Shown piece after piece: positions 28,724 through 38,695 of a stretch of 64,000 nucleotides of DNA. A program made the translations under genes and the position numbers. The notes under the pieces are model-generated. The model was not told the origin of the DNA, ran no database searches, and worked only from the letters and a program-made list of their open reading frames with translations. This DNA is from Myxococcota bacterium. GTDB lineage: Bacteria > Myxococcota > JACRCW01. Within the stretch, counting starts at the first letter, position 1, and each line of letters begins with the position of its first letter. The DNA lies in assembly GCA_040752415.1 (NCBI GenBank), contig JBFMGU010000012.1, positions 12,783 through 76,782 on the forward strand, read 5' to 3'.

Positions 28724-30100
28724 TCACGGTGCCGCAACCACAACTTCACCCATCATCCCGTTCTCGGCGTGTTGGAGGATATGACAGTGGTACATCCACC
28801 GGCCTGCCTCGCCGTCGAAAGGGATCAACAGCTGCACGGTGCGGCCCGCCGGGACATTGACGGTGTCCTTCCAGGCCCGCAGCCCGTCGACACCGCCCAC
28901 CACCTGGAAACGGAAGCCGTGGAGGTGGAACGGGTGGTCCATGAAGGTGTCGTTGACCACGTCCCATTGCTGCAGCACGCCCACCCGCGCCTGCAGGGGC
29001 GTGATGTCCGGGTATACCTCGTCGTTGATGCGGAAGGTGCCGCCCATGCCGTGGCCCATGTCCTCGGTGAGCCGAAGGCGCTGCACCACGGACGGCGTAC
29101 CGGGGTCCTCAACCACGTCGAGCTGCTGCGGCACCGCGGGAGGGTTCACCGGCGGAGCAAGGCTGTAGTGGACACGCATGAGAGGAAGGTCAACGCGCTC
29201 CATGTTCATGTGGCCCTGGTTGTAGGGCCGCGCCACCAGCTCGAACTGCTGCCCGGGCAGCGCATCCGCGGCCACCACCACGTCCAGCCTCTCCCCAGGG
29301 ACCAGCAGCATCTCCTCCCGCTCCTGCGGCGTCTCCAGGAAACCAGAGTCCAATCCCAGCACGGTGAAGGGATGCTCCGGCAGCGTGAGGCGGAAATAGC
29401 GTGCATTCGCAACGTTGATGATGCGCCAACGCTCGCGCTCGCCGGCACGCACCTCCGCAATGGGACGCGCCCTGCCGTTGACCAGCATGAGGTTCCCCAC
29501 CTGCTCGCCCATGCCCATTCCACCCATGCCCATCCCAAGGCCCGACGAGGTGCGGATGTCGTCGAGCATGAGGATGCGTTCCCGGGTCAGTGTGGGCTCC
29601 TGGGGCCCGCGCACGACGATGGGGCCGTACAGGCCGCGTTCCACCTGCACATCGGAGCGCACGTGCGGGTGGTACCAATACGTCCCCGCATCCTTCACCG
29701 TGAACCGGTAATCAAACGTGCCTCCCGGTGGAACAGGCGTCTGCATCGTCGGCACGCCATCCATCTCGGCGGAGACGCGCAATCCGTGCCAATGGATCGT
29801 GGTTTCTTCCGGCAGGTTGTTCCGGAAGTGGACCACCACCTCGTCCCCGACGTTGGCTTCCAGGGCTGGGCCGGGCACCGTGCCGTTGTACGTCCAGGCT
29901 TCCGTCGGCTGACCGGGAAGGTATTCCAGCGTGGCAACCCGCGCTTCCAGCTCCACCTCGACGACGCCGGGTTCCGGATTCAAGTCGTCCAACCGCTTCA
30001 CGTCGAAGTCACCCGGAGAAGGCGGCGGTGTGAACACGCTTCCGCCCATCCCGCACGCTGCTCCCAGCAACCCGAGACCCAACACAACAACGTGGCGCAT
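28724..30100 (-). CDS. Multicopper oxidase lipoprotein (CueO/CuoA-like)
   Basis: Lipobox LGAAC; HWHG, YWYHPH, HPFHLHG, HCHILQHAENGMM. Confidence 0.93.
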   Translation of the reverse strand: MRHVVVLGLGLLGAACGMGGSVFTPPPSPGDFDVKRLDDLNPEPGVVEVELEARVATLEYLPGQPTEAWTYNGTVPGPALEANVGDEVVVHFRNNLPEETTIHWHGLRVSAEMDGVPTMQTPVPPGGTFDYRFTVKDAGTYWYHPHVRSDVQVERGLYGPIVVRGPQEPTLTRERILMLDDIRTSSGLGMGMGGMGMGEQVGNLMLVNGRARPIAEVRAGERERWRIINVANARYFRLTLPEHPFTVLGLDSGFLETPQEREEMLLVPGERLDVVVAADALPGQQFELVARPYNQGHMNMERVDLPLMRVHYSLAPPVNPPAVPQQLDVVEDPGTPSVVQRLRLTEDMGHGMGGTFRINDEVYPDITPLQARVGVLQQWDVVNDTFMDHPFHLHGFRFQVVGGVDGLRAWKDTVNVPAGRTVQLLIPFDGEAGRWMYHCHILQHAENGMMGEVVVAAP

Positions 30101-30150
30101 GGTTTTCTCCTCCGCCGCACGGCGCAGCAACGCGCATGCCACGGTGGGCC

Positions 30151-32520
30151 TCATGACAACCGCGTCCGTTGCAGGCGCAGCGCATTTCCCACGACGGAGA
30201 CGGAGCTGAGGCTCATGGCCGCGGCGGCGATCATGGGACTGAGCAACAACCCGAAGAAGGGATAGAGCACGCCCGCCGCCACCGGGACGCCCAGCGTGTT
30301 GTAGATGAACGCGAGGAAGAGGTTCTCGCGAATGTTGCGCATGGTGGCGCGGCTGAGCCGACGGGCGCGCACGATCCCCAGCAGGTCGCCCTTCACCAAC
30401 GTCACCCCGGCGCTTTCCATGGCCACGTCCGTCCCGGTACCCATGGCAATTCCCACGTCGGCGGCGGCGAGCGCGGGAGCGTCGTTGATGCCATCGCCGG
30501 CCATGGCCACCACGCGGCCCTCCGCCCGGAGCTGGCGGATGACCTCACCTTTCCCGTCGGGAAGGACCTCCGCCTCCACACGCTCGATCTCCAGGCGGGC
30601 CGCCACCGCTCGCGCGGTGCGTGTGTTGTCGCCGGTCAGCATCACCACCTCGATGCCCTCGCGCTCCAGCGCCTGGATGGCTTCCGGCGTCGTCGCCTTG
30701 ATCGGGTCGGCCACGCCCACCAGCCCGGCGGGCTGCCCATCCACCGCCACCAGCATCACGGTCTGGCCTTCACCACGGAGCGTGTCCGCGCGCGCCTCCA
30801 GGTCGGTGAACGGAATGCCCAGCTCCTCCATCAGGCGTGCATTCCCCAGGGCCACCTGGCGCCCGTCGACTTCACCGGTCACGCCCCTGCCCGTGAGCGA
30901 GCGGAACGCGCGCGTCTCCGTGACCGCCACCCCACGCTCCCTGGCCCCGCCAACAATCGCACTGGCCAGCGGGTGCTCACTGCCGCGCTCCAGGCTGGCC
31001 ACCAGGCGCAACAGCGTCCGCTCGTCCAGGTTGCCGGCGGGCACCACCGAGGTCAGCGCCGGCCGCCCCTCCGTGAGCGTCCCGGTCTTGTCGATGACCA
31101 GCGTGTCGACGCGCTCCATCACCTCCAGCGCCTCGGCATTCTTGATGAGGACACCGGCGGTGGCTCCGCGACCGGTTCCCACCATGATGCTCAACGGCGT
31201 GGCGAGGCCCAGCGCACACGGACACGCGATCACCAGCACCGCCACGGCATTGACGATGGCGTACGCGAGCGCGGGCTCCGGCCCCAGCAGCCACCACACC
31301 CCGAACGTCACGACGGAAACCAGGACCACGGCGGGCACGAACCAGGACGAGACCACGTCGGCGAGGCGCTGGATGGGCGCGCGGCTGCGTTGCGCTTCTC
31401 CCACCATCTTCACGATCTGCGCCAGCAGCGTGTCCGCGCCAACCCGCTCCGCGAGCATGACCAACGAGCCGGTGCCATTGATGGTGGCGCCAGTGACCTT
31501 GTCGCCGGGTCCCTTCTCGACGGGGACGGGCTCGCCGGTGACCATGGACTCATCCACGCTGGAGGTGCCTTCCAACACCACGCCGTCGACCGGCACCTTC
31601 TCGCCCGGTCGCACGCGCAGGCGGTGGCCCACGGCCACGTCGGCGAGAGGGAGGTCTCCCTCGGTGCCGTCGTCACGGAGCACGCGCGCGGTCTTGGGGA
31701 CCATGCCCAGCAACGCCTTGATGGCGCCGCTGGTCCGACTGCGCGCACGCAGCTCCAGGATCTGCCCGAGAAGCACGAGGATGGTGATGACCGCCGCGGC
31801 CTCGAAGTAGACATCGACCTCGCCGTGGCGACGCGCGGATGGCGGGATGATGGAGGGGAGGAGCGTGGCCACCAGGCTGTACAGGTACGCCACGCCGGTG
31901 CCCATCCCGATCAACGTGAACATGTTGAGGCTGCGGTTCACGACGGAGAACCAGGCACGGTGGAAGAACGGCCAGCCGCTCCAGAGCACCACCGGCGTGG
32001 CCAGGACAAGCTGCACCCAGTTCCGCGCGCCCGCGGGCAACCGGGGCGCACGCGGGAACATCTCCGCCATGGCCATGAGCACCAGCGGCACGGTCAACGC
32101 CACCCCGACCTTGAAGCGCCGCGTGAAGTCCACCAGCTCCGGGCTGGGACCCTCCTCCGTCGCCATGCGCGGCTCCAGGGCCATGCCGCATTTCGGACAG
32201 GTTCCCGGTCCCGGCCGCACCACCTCCGGGTGCATGGGACAGGTGTACTCCGCCGACGTGACGGGAGGAGGAACCTCCGCCGTCGTCGACGGTGGCGTGG
32301 GCTCAGCGGGACCGTCGTACCTCGCCGGGTCCCGAAGGTATTCCTGCGCGCAGTGCTCGGAGCAGAAGAATCGCTCCCCACCTCCCGCCGCAGCACCCGC
32401 GACCTTCACCGCCGCGGCGGGATCCACGTCCATGCCGCACACGGGGTCACGTTCGGTCCTCGGTGGCGTCGGAGCGCGCCGCTGCGGGTGTTGATGACGA
32501 TGATGTGGCGAAGGTTCCAT
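30151..32520 (-). CDS. copA: Cu(I)-translocating P1B ATPase with YHS and heavy-metal-binding N-terminal domains
   Basis: [58 protein letters not shown] before MEPSPHH. Confidence 0.93.
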   Translation of the reverse strand: MEPSPHHRHQHPQRRAPTPPRTERDPVCGMDVDPAAAVKVAGAAAGGGERFFCSEHCAQEYLRDPARYDGPAEPTPPSTTAEVPPPVTSAEYTCPMHPEVVRPGPGTCPKCGMALEPRMATEEGPSPELVDFTRRFKVGVALTVPLVLMAMAEMFPRAPRLPAGARNWVQLVLATPVVLWSGWPFFHRAWFSVVNRSLNMFTLIGMGTGVAYLYSLVATLLPSIIPPSARRHGEVDVYFEAAAVITILVLLGQILELRARSRTSGAIKALLGMVPKTARVLRDDGTEGDLPLADVAVGHRLRVRPGEKVPVDGVVLEGTSSVDESMVTGEPVPVEKGPGDKVTGATINGTGSLVMLAERVGADTLLAQIVKMVGEAQRSRAPIQRLADVVSSWFVPAVVLVSVVTFGVWWLLGPEPALAYAIVNAVAVLVIACPCALGLATPLSIMVGTGRGATAGVLIKNAEALEVMERVDTLVIDKTGTLTEGRPALTSVVPAGNLDERTLLRLVASLERGSEHPLASAIVGGARERGVAVTETRAFRSLTGRGVTGEVDGRQVALGNARLMEELGIPFTDLEARADTLRGEGQTVMLVAVDGQPAGLVGVADPIKATTPEAIQALEREGIEVVMLTGDNTRTARAVAARLEIERVEAEVLPDGKGEVIRQLRAEGRVVAMAGDGINDAPALAAADVGIAMGTGTDVAMESAGVTLVKGDLLGIVRARRLSRATMRNIRENLFLAFIYNTLGVPVAAGVLYPFFGLLLSPMIAAAAMSLSSVSVVGNALRLQRTRLS

Positions 32521-32603
32521 GGATGCTGCTCCTGGAGTGGAGGTCACGTCCTGGGCCGCGCTTGCGTGCAAGCAGGTGCGGTGACCTGCCTGGGTTTCCC
32601 GAC

Positions 32604-32762
32604 TCAAGACCCTGGGCGCCACCCTCCCTCGCTCCGCTTGTCCACGTGGCGACAAGAGTGCGGGCTCACCCATTCGATCACGGCGGTCTTGTCCGCGCCC
32701 GGGCCGCCGGTTGGCACGACGCGATTGAGCGGATGCGCCCGGTCACCACGACGGGAAACCAT
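32604..32762 (-). pseudogene. N-terminal remnant of a P-loop (AAA_28-like) ATPase
   Basis: [24 protein letters not shown] resembles VLTGGPGAGKTAV..; Walker A degraded; stops after about 52 codons. Confidence 0.5.
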
Positions 32763-32774
32763 GGCGCCTGTTGC

Positions 32775-32790
32775 TGCATTGCACATGCCA
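32775..32790 (-). promoter_or_regulatory. Sigma54-type promoter upstream of the remnant/copA/mco genes
   Basis: TGGCATGTGCAATGCA, GG-N10-GC. Confidence 0.55.
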
Positions 32791-32825
32791 CGGAAGTGGC
32801 GGTGGAACCGGACCCGAAGCGGGGG

Positions 32826-34229
32826 CTATTCCACGCGAAGCTCACCCATCATCCCGGCTTCCGCGTGCTCGAGGATGTGGCAGTGGTACATCCACGACCC
32901 TGGCTCATCCAGGCGGGACACGAGGTGGAGCGTGCTCTCGGCGGGGACGATGATGGTGTCCTTGTTGGCGCGCCGCTCCGGCGGGATGGCCACGCCGTTG
33001 GAGGCGAGAACCTGGAAGAAGAACCCGTGCAGGTGGAACGGATGGTCCATCTCACTGGTGTTGCGCACATCAAACGCCGCCACCGTGCCGTTGACGACGG
33101 AGATGGCGGGGACGTCCGGGTAGGTCTCGCCATTGACGGTGAAGATGGTCTGACCGTCGCGGATGCCCTCGTCGAGCGTGATGGTGAACGCGTTCTCTCC
33201 ATCCGGCAGCAGCTCGACGGTGTTCTGCACCGCGGGCAGCACGCGCCCGGACAACGCGGTCCCGTCCTGCACCTGGAATCTCGCCACCTCCAGCGCGCCG
33301 TGGGCCGACGTGCCGTGTCCGCGCTCATAGGGATCACTCACCACGGGCAACTCCATGCCCACCGTCGTCGGCGCAACGAACACGAGGTCGGCGCGCTCCC
33401 CGGGGCTGAGCAGCACGTGCTCGGCATCCAGGGACTCGGGCAACAGGCCGCCGTCGCCACCAATCACGCGCCAGGAGAGGCCATCCAGCCGCAGGTTGAA
33501 GAACCTTCCATTGGCCACGTTGACCACGCGCAGCCGCACCAGCGCGCCCGGGGTCAACGCAATGAGTGGTGAAACCACGCCATTGACCAGCAGCGTGTTC
33601 CCTTCCCGGCCCAGCATCAGGCCATTGTCGTCGAGGTATTCGTTCAGCGTTCCGTCGGGGCGCAGGCGGATGTCATCCAGCATCAGGATGAGCTCCTGGT
33701 CCACCGTCGGCTCGTCGGGGCCGCGGACGCGGATGGCTCCGTACAGTCCCTTCTGCACCTGGATGTCCGAGCGCATGTGCGGGTGGTACCAGAACAGCCC
33801 CGCGTCCCTCGCCACGAAGTCGTACGTGAAGGTTCCCCCGGACGGGATGGGGCTCTGCATCGCCAGGGTGCCATCCATCGTCGCGGGGACGCGGACGCCG
33901 TGCCAGTGGATGGTGGTCTCCTCCGGCAGGTGGTTGGTGAAGTGGATGATCAGCCGGTCGCCCACGGCGACGTCGAGGAGCGGCCCCGGGACCGAGCCGT
34001 TGTAGGCCCAGACGTTGGTGGCCGGCGCATCTCCGTACTGCTTGGTGGCCTCCCCAGCCTCGAGCTCGATCTCCAGGATCCTGGGATCGGCGTTGCGGTC
34101 GGGGGCGGAGGGAAGCGTCATGTCGACGGGCTGGCGTGGCGGCGGTGGCGGCGGAGGACCATTCGTCCCCGTCGTGCACGCGCCAGGTCCCAGCATCAGC
34201 AGCAGCAACCAGCGGACGCGCATGGACAT
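32826..34229 (-). CDS. Multicopper oxidase lipoprotein (paralog of 28724-30100)
   Basis: Lipobox-like GPGAC; HWHG, FWYHPH, HPFHLHG, HCHILEHAEAGMM. Confidence 0.93.
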   Translation of the reverse strand: MSMRVRWLLLLMLGPGACTTGTNGPPPPPPPRQPVDMTLPSAPDRNADPRILEIELEAGEATKQYGDAPATNVWAYNGSVPGPLLDVAVGDRLIIHFTNHLPEETTIHWHGVRVPATMDGTLAMQSPIPSGGTFTYDFVARDAGLFWYHPHMRSDIQVQKGLYGAIRVRGPDEPTVDQELILMLDDIRLRPDGTLNEYLDDNGLMLGREGNTLLVNGVVSPLIALTPGALVRLRVVNVANGRFFNLRLDGLSWRVIGGDGGLLPESLDAEHVLLSPGERADLVFVAPTTVGMELPVVSDPYERGHGTSAHGALEVARFQVQDGTALSGRVLPAVQNTVELLPDGENAFTITLDEGIRDGQTIFTVNGETYPDVPAISVVNGTVAAFDVRNTSEMDHPFHLHGFFFQVLASNGVAIPPERRANKDTIIVPAESTLHLVSRLDEPGSWMYHCHILEHAEAGMMGELRVE

Positions 34230-34230
34230 C

Positions 34231-34620
34231 TCACCGCACCGGGTTGGCGGACATCTCGTTGGAGTAGGGCGAGTAGTCGCTGCCCATCTTGCAGCGCAGA
34301 CGATAGGTGTAGGTGGTGTCCGCGGTGGCCGTGCCGTCCATCTTGTTGTCGACGTCACCCGGTACGCTGAAGGCGGCCGTGAAGTCGGCGCCGTCCTGCT
34401 TGCGCTCGCCCTCGACGGCGTCACAGCCGGTGGTGTTGTTGGTCCACTGCACGTGGAGCGCGCCGCCCATCTTGGCAATGCTGGTGATGGTGGGTGCGTC
34501 CATCTGGTGCCCGCCGCCGCTGGTGTTGGTGTGCGAAGAGCCGTCCGAGCCCTCCATCCCGCATGCGGCCAACGCCGCGGTCAGCACGACTGCAATTCCG
34601 ACGAGAGTGGACTTCTTCAT
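34231..34620 (-). CDS. Small lipoprotein with a fibronectin-III-like fold
   Basis: MKKS..LAAC lipobox; LHVQW, YTYRLRC, YSPYSNE; His/Met residues. Confidence 0.75.
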   Translation of the reverse strand: MKKSTLVGIAVVLTAALAACGMEGSDGSSHTNTSGGGHQMDAPTITSIAKMGGALHVQWTNNTTGCDAVEGERKQDGADFTAAFSVPGDVDNKMDGTATADTTYTYRLRCKMGSDYSPYSNEMSANPVR

Positions 34621-34741
34621 GGCAGGTTCTCCTGAGTCAGGGGACGCCCGCCGGGAAGCGCCCATCCCCGCCAGGCTTCGACGCTGGCGCGGCCGGGTCA
34701 CCTTGGCAGGCCTCCGCATTACGCGCAGACGCAGCGCGAAA

Positions 34742-34757
34742 AGCAAGCGCGGTGCCA
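34742..34757 (-). promoter_or_regulatory. Sigma54 promoter of the copper operon
   Basis: TGGCACCGCGCTTGCT, near-consensus. Confidence 0.8.
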
Positions 34758-34810
34758 CCGCCCGGCCGCACGGAGAGGGCCATCCGGTCGACACTTGTCG
34801 ACACCGATTG

Positions 34811-34822
34811 AAGACTATTCTC
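34811..34822. promoter_or_regulatory. GAGAATATTCTC-like palindrome
   Basis: AAGACTATTCTC (10/12), about 55 bp upstream of the sigma54 site. Confidence 0.55.
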
Positions 34823-34925
34823 TATGGGCGCGGCTCTTTTGGGACGACGCCCTGGGCTCCCTGCCAATCTCATTGGGTGCGGTTCTTTTGAAACGACGCT
34901 TCGCCGCAGGCGTAAGCACATCCGC

Positions 34926-35298
34926 AGGTGGCCGGCAATGGTCAGCCCGGGGCCGCGCCGTCATGACGACGGAAAACGGCACGCGATGCGACCGGACCGA
35001 CCGACTCAGCGCGCTGGAGAACCGGCCTGCAATGTAGGGGCTGCCCGTTGCCGGTATCGCGTGAACGGCGAAGGTGGCCGGCAATGGTCAGCCCCGGGCC
35101 GCGCTGTCATGACGACGACGAATGCCCAGCGCCGCCATGGACGCCCCATTCAACGCGACGGAGAAGGAGCCAGCAATGTAGGGGCTGACCATTGCCGGCC
35201 ACCTTCACCGTTCACGCGTTACCGGCAACGGGCAGCCCCTACATTGCAGGCCGGCCCTCCGTCGCGTTGAATCGATCGTCCGGTCGCATCGCGTGCCG
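34926..35298. repeat. Composite REP-like cluster: inverted repeat with arms of about 118 bp plus internal direct repeats
   Basis: 34977-35095 pairs with 35181-35298; AGGTGGCCGGCAATGGTCAGCCC..GTCATGACGACG occurs at 34926 and 35072; GCAATGTAGGGGCTG occurs three times (GTAG-type REP start). Confidence 0.85.
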
Positions 35299-35478
35299 AT
35301 TGATGTCGAGCCCGTCGTCGCGGCCTGGTCGCGGCTTCCGGGTTGGTGCGGGATGAATGACACGGAAACGCCCTGAATTTATCGTCCGCGGGGTCGGCGA
35401 GGAGCATCGGCGGCGGACGCCCGCAAACACCGGCGACACGGCGCGCAGCGGTGGCGCCGTCATCACGGGACGGGACCC

Positions 35479-36555
35479 ATGGCAAACGCATCCGAACTTT
35501 CCGAGAGCATCGACCGGATCAACGCGGCCCTGGAGCGGGGCGCCCACGAGGAAGCGCGCCGCCTCATCACCGCGATCCTCGACGAGGATCCCACGCAGCG
35601 CGACGGGCTCTTGTGCCACGCGGTGTTGGAGGTGCAGGAGGGAAATGGCCGCGCGGCACTCGAGGTGCTGGACCAGGCGCTGGACCACCATCCCGACGAC
35701 ATCAGCCTCTTGATGCTGCGCGCCGCGGTGCTGATGGACTTCTACGACGATCACGCCGAGGCGCGCCTCCTGCTCGAGGACGTGCTGGACGGGCTGCGTG
35801 GCTGGCTCCCCGCCAACGACGACGAAGTGGCCGCGCAGAAGCACGCCAAGGCGGAGACGCTGCGCCTGCTCAGCCGCTGTCACCTGGACGCGGGCAACGC
35901 CGAGGAGGGCCTGGAGGCCGCGGAAGAGGCGCTGCGGATGGCGCCCCACGACGCGGCCGTCCTCCTCGCCGTGGCCGAGGCGAACTACGAGGCTGGGAAT
36001 CTCGACGAGGCGCGCGATCTCGCAGGTCGCAGCATGGAGCAGGCGCCCACGGCGGATGCGGATTGGCTCCTGGGTCGCGTGCATTCCGCGCTGGGCGACC
36101 ACGCCGCGGCCGACGAGCTCCTCCACCGCGCCGCCGAGAAGGAGCCGGCGCGCTTCCATCACCCCACGCGCACGACGGAGGCGGCGTTCCAGCAAGCTTT
36201 GGCCCAGGCCATGGAGGCGCTGCCGTCGGCGTTGCGGGAGTACCTGAAGCGCGCACGGATCCGCGTGGCGGAGACGCCCTCGGGACAACCACGGCCTTCC
36301 GCGCGCCGGATCGGGCCGGGAGCGCTGAGCTCGTGTCCCACGCCGCTGCCTGACCTCTCGGAAGCCAGGGATCTCTTCGCGGTCGCCCCCGAGGAGATCG
36401 TGCTGTACCGGCGCAACCTGGAGATCGCCGCGGCCACGCCGGAGGCGCTGGTCGAGCTCATGGCCACCTGCCTGACCCACGAGGTGGCGCGGTTCGTGGG
36501 TCTGGACGCGGCGGGATTCGAGGAGCCCCAACCGCCGGGTGACGCCGAATCCTGA
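35479..36555 (+). CDS. TPR protein with a C-terminal Zincin_1-like domain
   Basis: TPR-like helices; EIVLYRRNLE; THEVARFVGLD (HExxH degenerate). Confidence 0.75.
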   Translation: MANASELSESIDRINAALERGAHEEARRLITAILDEDPTQRDGLLCHAVLEVQEGNGRAALEVLDQALDHHPDDISLLMLRAAVLMDFYDDHAEARLLLEDVLDGLRGWLPANDDEVAAQKHAKAETLRLLSRCHLDAGNAEEGLEAAEEALRMAPHDAAVLLAVAEANYEAGNLDEARDLAGRSMEQAPTADADWLLGRVHSALGDHAAADELLHRAAEKEPARFHHPTRTTEAAFQQALAQAMEALPSALREYLKRARIRVAETPSGQPRPSARRIGPGALSSCPTPLPDLSEARDLFAVAPEEIVLYRRNLEIAAATPEALVELMATCLTHEVARFVGLDAAGFEEPQPPGDAES

Positions 36556-36646
36556 GCTCCGACGGTTGGCGGATGGGTCGCACCCAATACCCGCCGCCAC
36601 CCGATTCTTCCTTCACCGACGCCTGATCCGCTCCCGGAGACCGCCC

Positions 36647-38665
36647 ATGTCCAGCAACGTGAAGAGCACCGGCACCACCCGCTCCGCGCCCAAGGCCGCT
36701 CCCCGTCCGTCGGAAGCGCCGCAGGCTCCCAAGGCGGGCAGCACGTACACCGTGCGCAAGGGCGACACCCTCTGGGACATCTCCCGCAAGGCCTATGGCG
36801 ACGGAAACCGCTGGCGTGAGATCGCCGACGCCAACAAGGCGAAGGTGGGCGCCAAGGGACTCATCCAGCCCGGTGAGCGGCTGCGCATCCCGCAGGACCG
36901 CGGCGCGGACCAGTTCAGCACCCGGGCGCCTTCCGCGGGTCGTGCGACGACGGGAGGCAGCCGCCGCGGCCAGAGCGCGCTGCCCGTGGCGGAGCGCACC
37001 GAGCTCAAGGGCGACGTCAGCCGGCGCATGCACGCCGTCAACACGGCAAGCACGGCGGCTCCCCGCCAGAGCGGTCGTGCGCTGCGCGAGGAGACGCCCA
37101 CCCGGCGCGCTTCCCCGACGACGACGCCAACCGCGCCCGGCGGCGGCACCGCGGTGGCCCGGCCGCAGGCCCGCACCACGCGCGTGGACGGACCGGCTCC
37201 CGCGGGCACCACTCCGCCGCCCAGCGACGGCACGACGACACCGACCGAGCCGCAGACGCCTCCCGGGCTGGGCGTGGGGGCGCGCGGGAAGCTGGTGGAA
37301 CGCGCCGAGCAGCGGCTCAAGCGCGCCGGGTTCAGCCCCGGAAAAGTCGACAAGACCTTCACCACGAAGACCGAGGAGGCGGTGCGTCGCTTCCAGGAAT
37401 CCACCGGCCTCGAGGCCACGGGGCGCCTGGATGACCGCACGCTGCGCCGGCTGCAGGGTGTGGACCGACGGATCCGTCGTCACGGTGGCGCGCTGGTGGG
37501 CCCCGGCCAGAACAGCGGCCGCATCCACGACGTGGAGAAGCGGCTCCGCCGGCTGGGCTACGCGCCGGGCAAGGTCGACGGCGTCTATGACCACGAGACC
37601 GCCGCGGCGGTGCGGGCGTTCCGCAAGGACCAGGGCATCAAGAGCGAGTCCAACCTCATGGGCAAGCGCGCGCAGGAGCAGCTGCGCCACGAGGTCAGCC
37701 GGTTCCAGCACGAGCCGTTCCACAGCCGCGTGAAGGCCAGCCGTGAACGTCGCCGCATGGATGACCGCGTGGAGCGGGCGGCAGCCACCGAGCACGCCGA
37801 CGGGACCCAGGGACTGGGCCGCGGCTCGTCGCGCAGCGCAGCGGTGAAATACGTCCAGGGGCACCTCAAGGCGGCGGGGTATGATCCCAAGCGCACCGAC
37901 GGCGTCTTCGACGAGCGTACCGAGGGAGCGCTGAAGGAGTACCAGCGTCGCGAGGGGCTGCCGACCAGCGGGCGCGTGGACAGCCGGACGTGGAAGCACC
38001 TGCGCAAGGCCACGCTGGAGGCGCGCGACGGCACCAGCCCGCCGCAGACGGTGGGAGAACGCTCCCGCGCCGTGCTGAAGACGGAGCGCATGCTGAAGAA
38101 GCTGGGCTACAAGACCGGCGACGTCGACGGGCGCTACACCGAGGCCACGCAGCGCGCCGTGGACCGCTTCCGTCGTCGCAAGCGGCTGGGCAACGTGGGC
38201 AAGGGCGTGGGAAGCGGGACGGTCAAGGCGCTCCAGAAGGCCATCCGCCAGAAGAACAACCCCTTCGGCAAGCCCGTCACCATGACCGGCTATCGCAACG
38301 GCGTTCCCTATCCCGTGAAGGTGGTGAAGGTGGACGGCTACTACACCGGCGTGGCCACGGCGAAAGCGTACAAGCGCATGGAGGCGGCGGCGCGTCGGGA
38401 CGGCATCGACCTCGACATCGTCTCGGGCTTCCGCACCATGGCCAAGCAGCGCGAGCTCTACAACCTCTACGGCCCGAGTCGCGCGGCCTATCCGGGCTAT
38501 TCCAACCACCAGAACGGCAGCGCGCTGGACCTCAACGTGCAGACCGCGCCGGGCAACATGGCCGTCGGCGTGGGTTCCGTCTACAACTGGCTCGCCCGCA
38601 ACGCGCATCGTTTTGGTTTCAGCCGCATTGCCAGCGAGGCGTGGCACTGGGAATACCGTCGTTGA
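36647..38665 (+). CDS. LysM + multiple peptidoglycan-binding domains + M15-family peptidase
   Basis: YTVRKGDTLWDIS; repeated G.VDG.Y...T..AV..F; SGFR, SNHQNGSALD, EAWHWEY. Confidence 0.88.
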   Translation: MSSNVKSTGTTRSAPKAAPRPSEAPQAPKAGSTYTVRKGDTLWDISRKAYGDGNRWREIADANKAKVGAKGLIQPGERLRIPQDRGADQFSTRAPSAGRATTGGSRRGQSALPVAERTELKGDVSRRMHAVNTASTAAPRQSGRALREETPTRRASPTTTPTAPGGGTAVARPQARTTRVDGPAPAGTTPPPSDGTTTPTEPQTPPGLGVGARGKLVERAEQRLKRAGFSPGKVDKTFTTKTEEAVRRFQESTGLEATGRLDDRTLRRLQGVDRRIRRHGGALVGPGQNSGRIHDVEKRLRRLGYAPGKVDGVYDHETAAAVRAFRKDQGIKSESNLMGKRAQEQLRHEVSRFQHEPFHSRVKASRERRRMDDRVERAAATEHADGTQGLGRGSSRSAAVKYVQGHLKAAGYDPKRTDGVFDERTEGALKEYQRREGLPTSGRVDSRTWKHLRKATLEARDGTSPPQTVGERSRAVLKTERMLKKLGYKTGDVDGRYTEATQRAVDRFRRRKRLGNVGKGVGSGTVKALQKAIRQKNNPFGKPVTMTGYRNGVPYPVKVVKVDGYYTGVATAKAYKRMEAAARRDGIDLDIVSGFRTMAKQRELYNLYGPSRAAYPGYSNHQNGSALDLNVQTAPGNMAVGVGSVYNWLARNAHRFGFSRIASEAWHWEYRR

Positions 38666-38695
38666 CGACGAAGCGGCTCCAACGCGGTGCTACGC

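Noticed and set aside
34926..35298. Possible CRISPR array or attC cassette array
   Set aside because: Units are in mixed orientation with irregular spacing; no unique spacers or integron integrase
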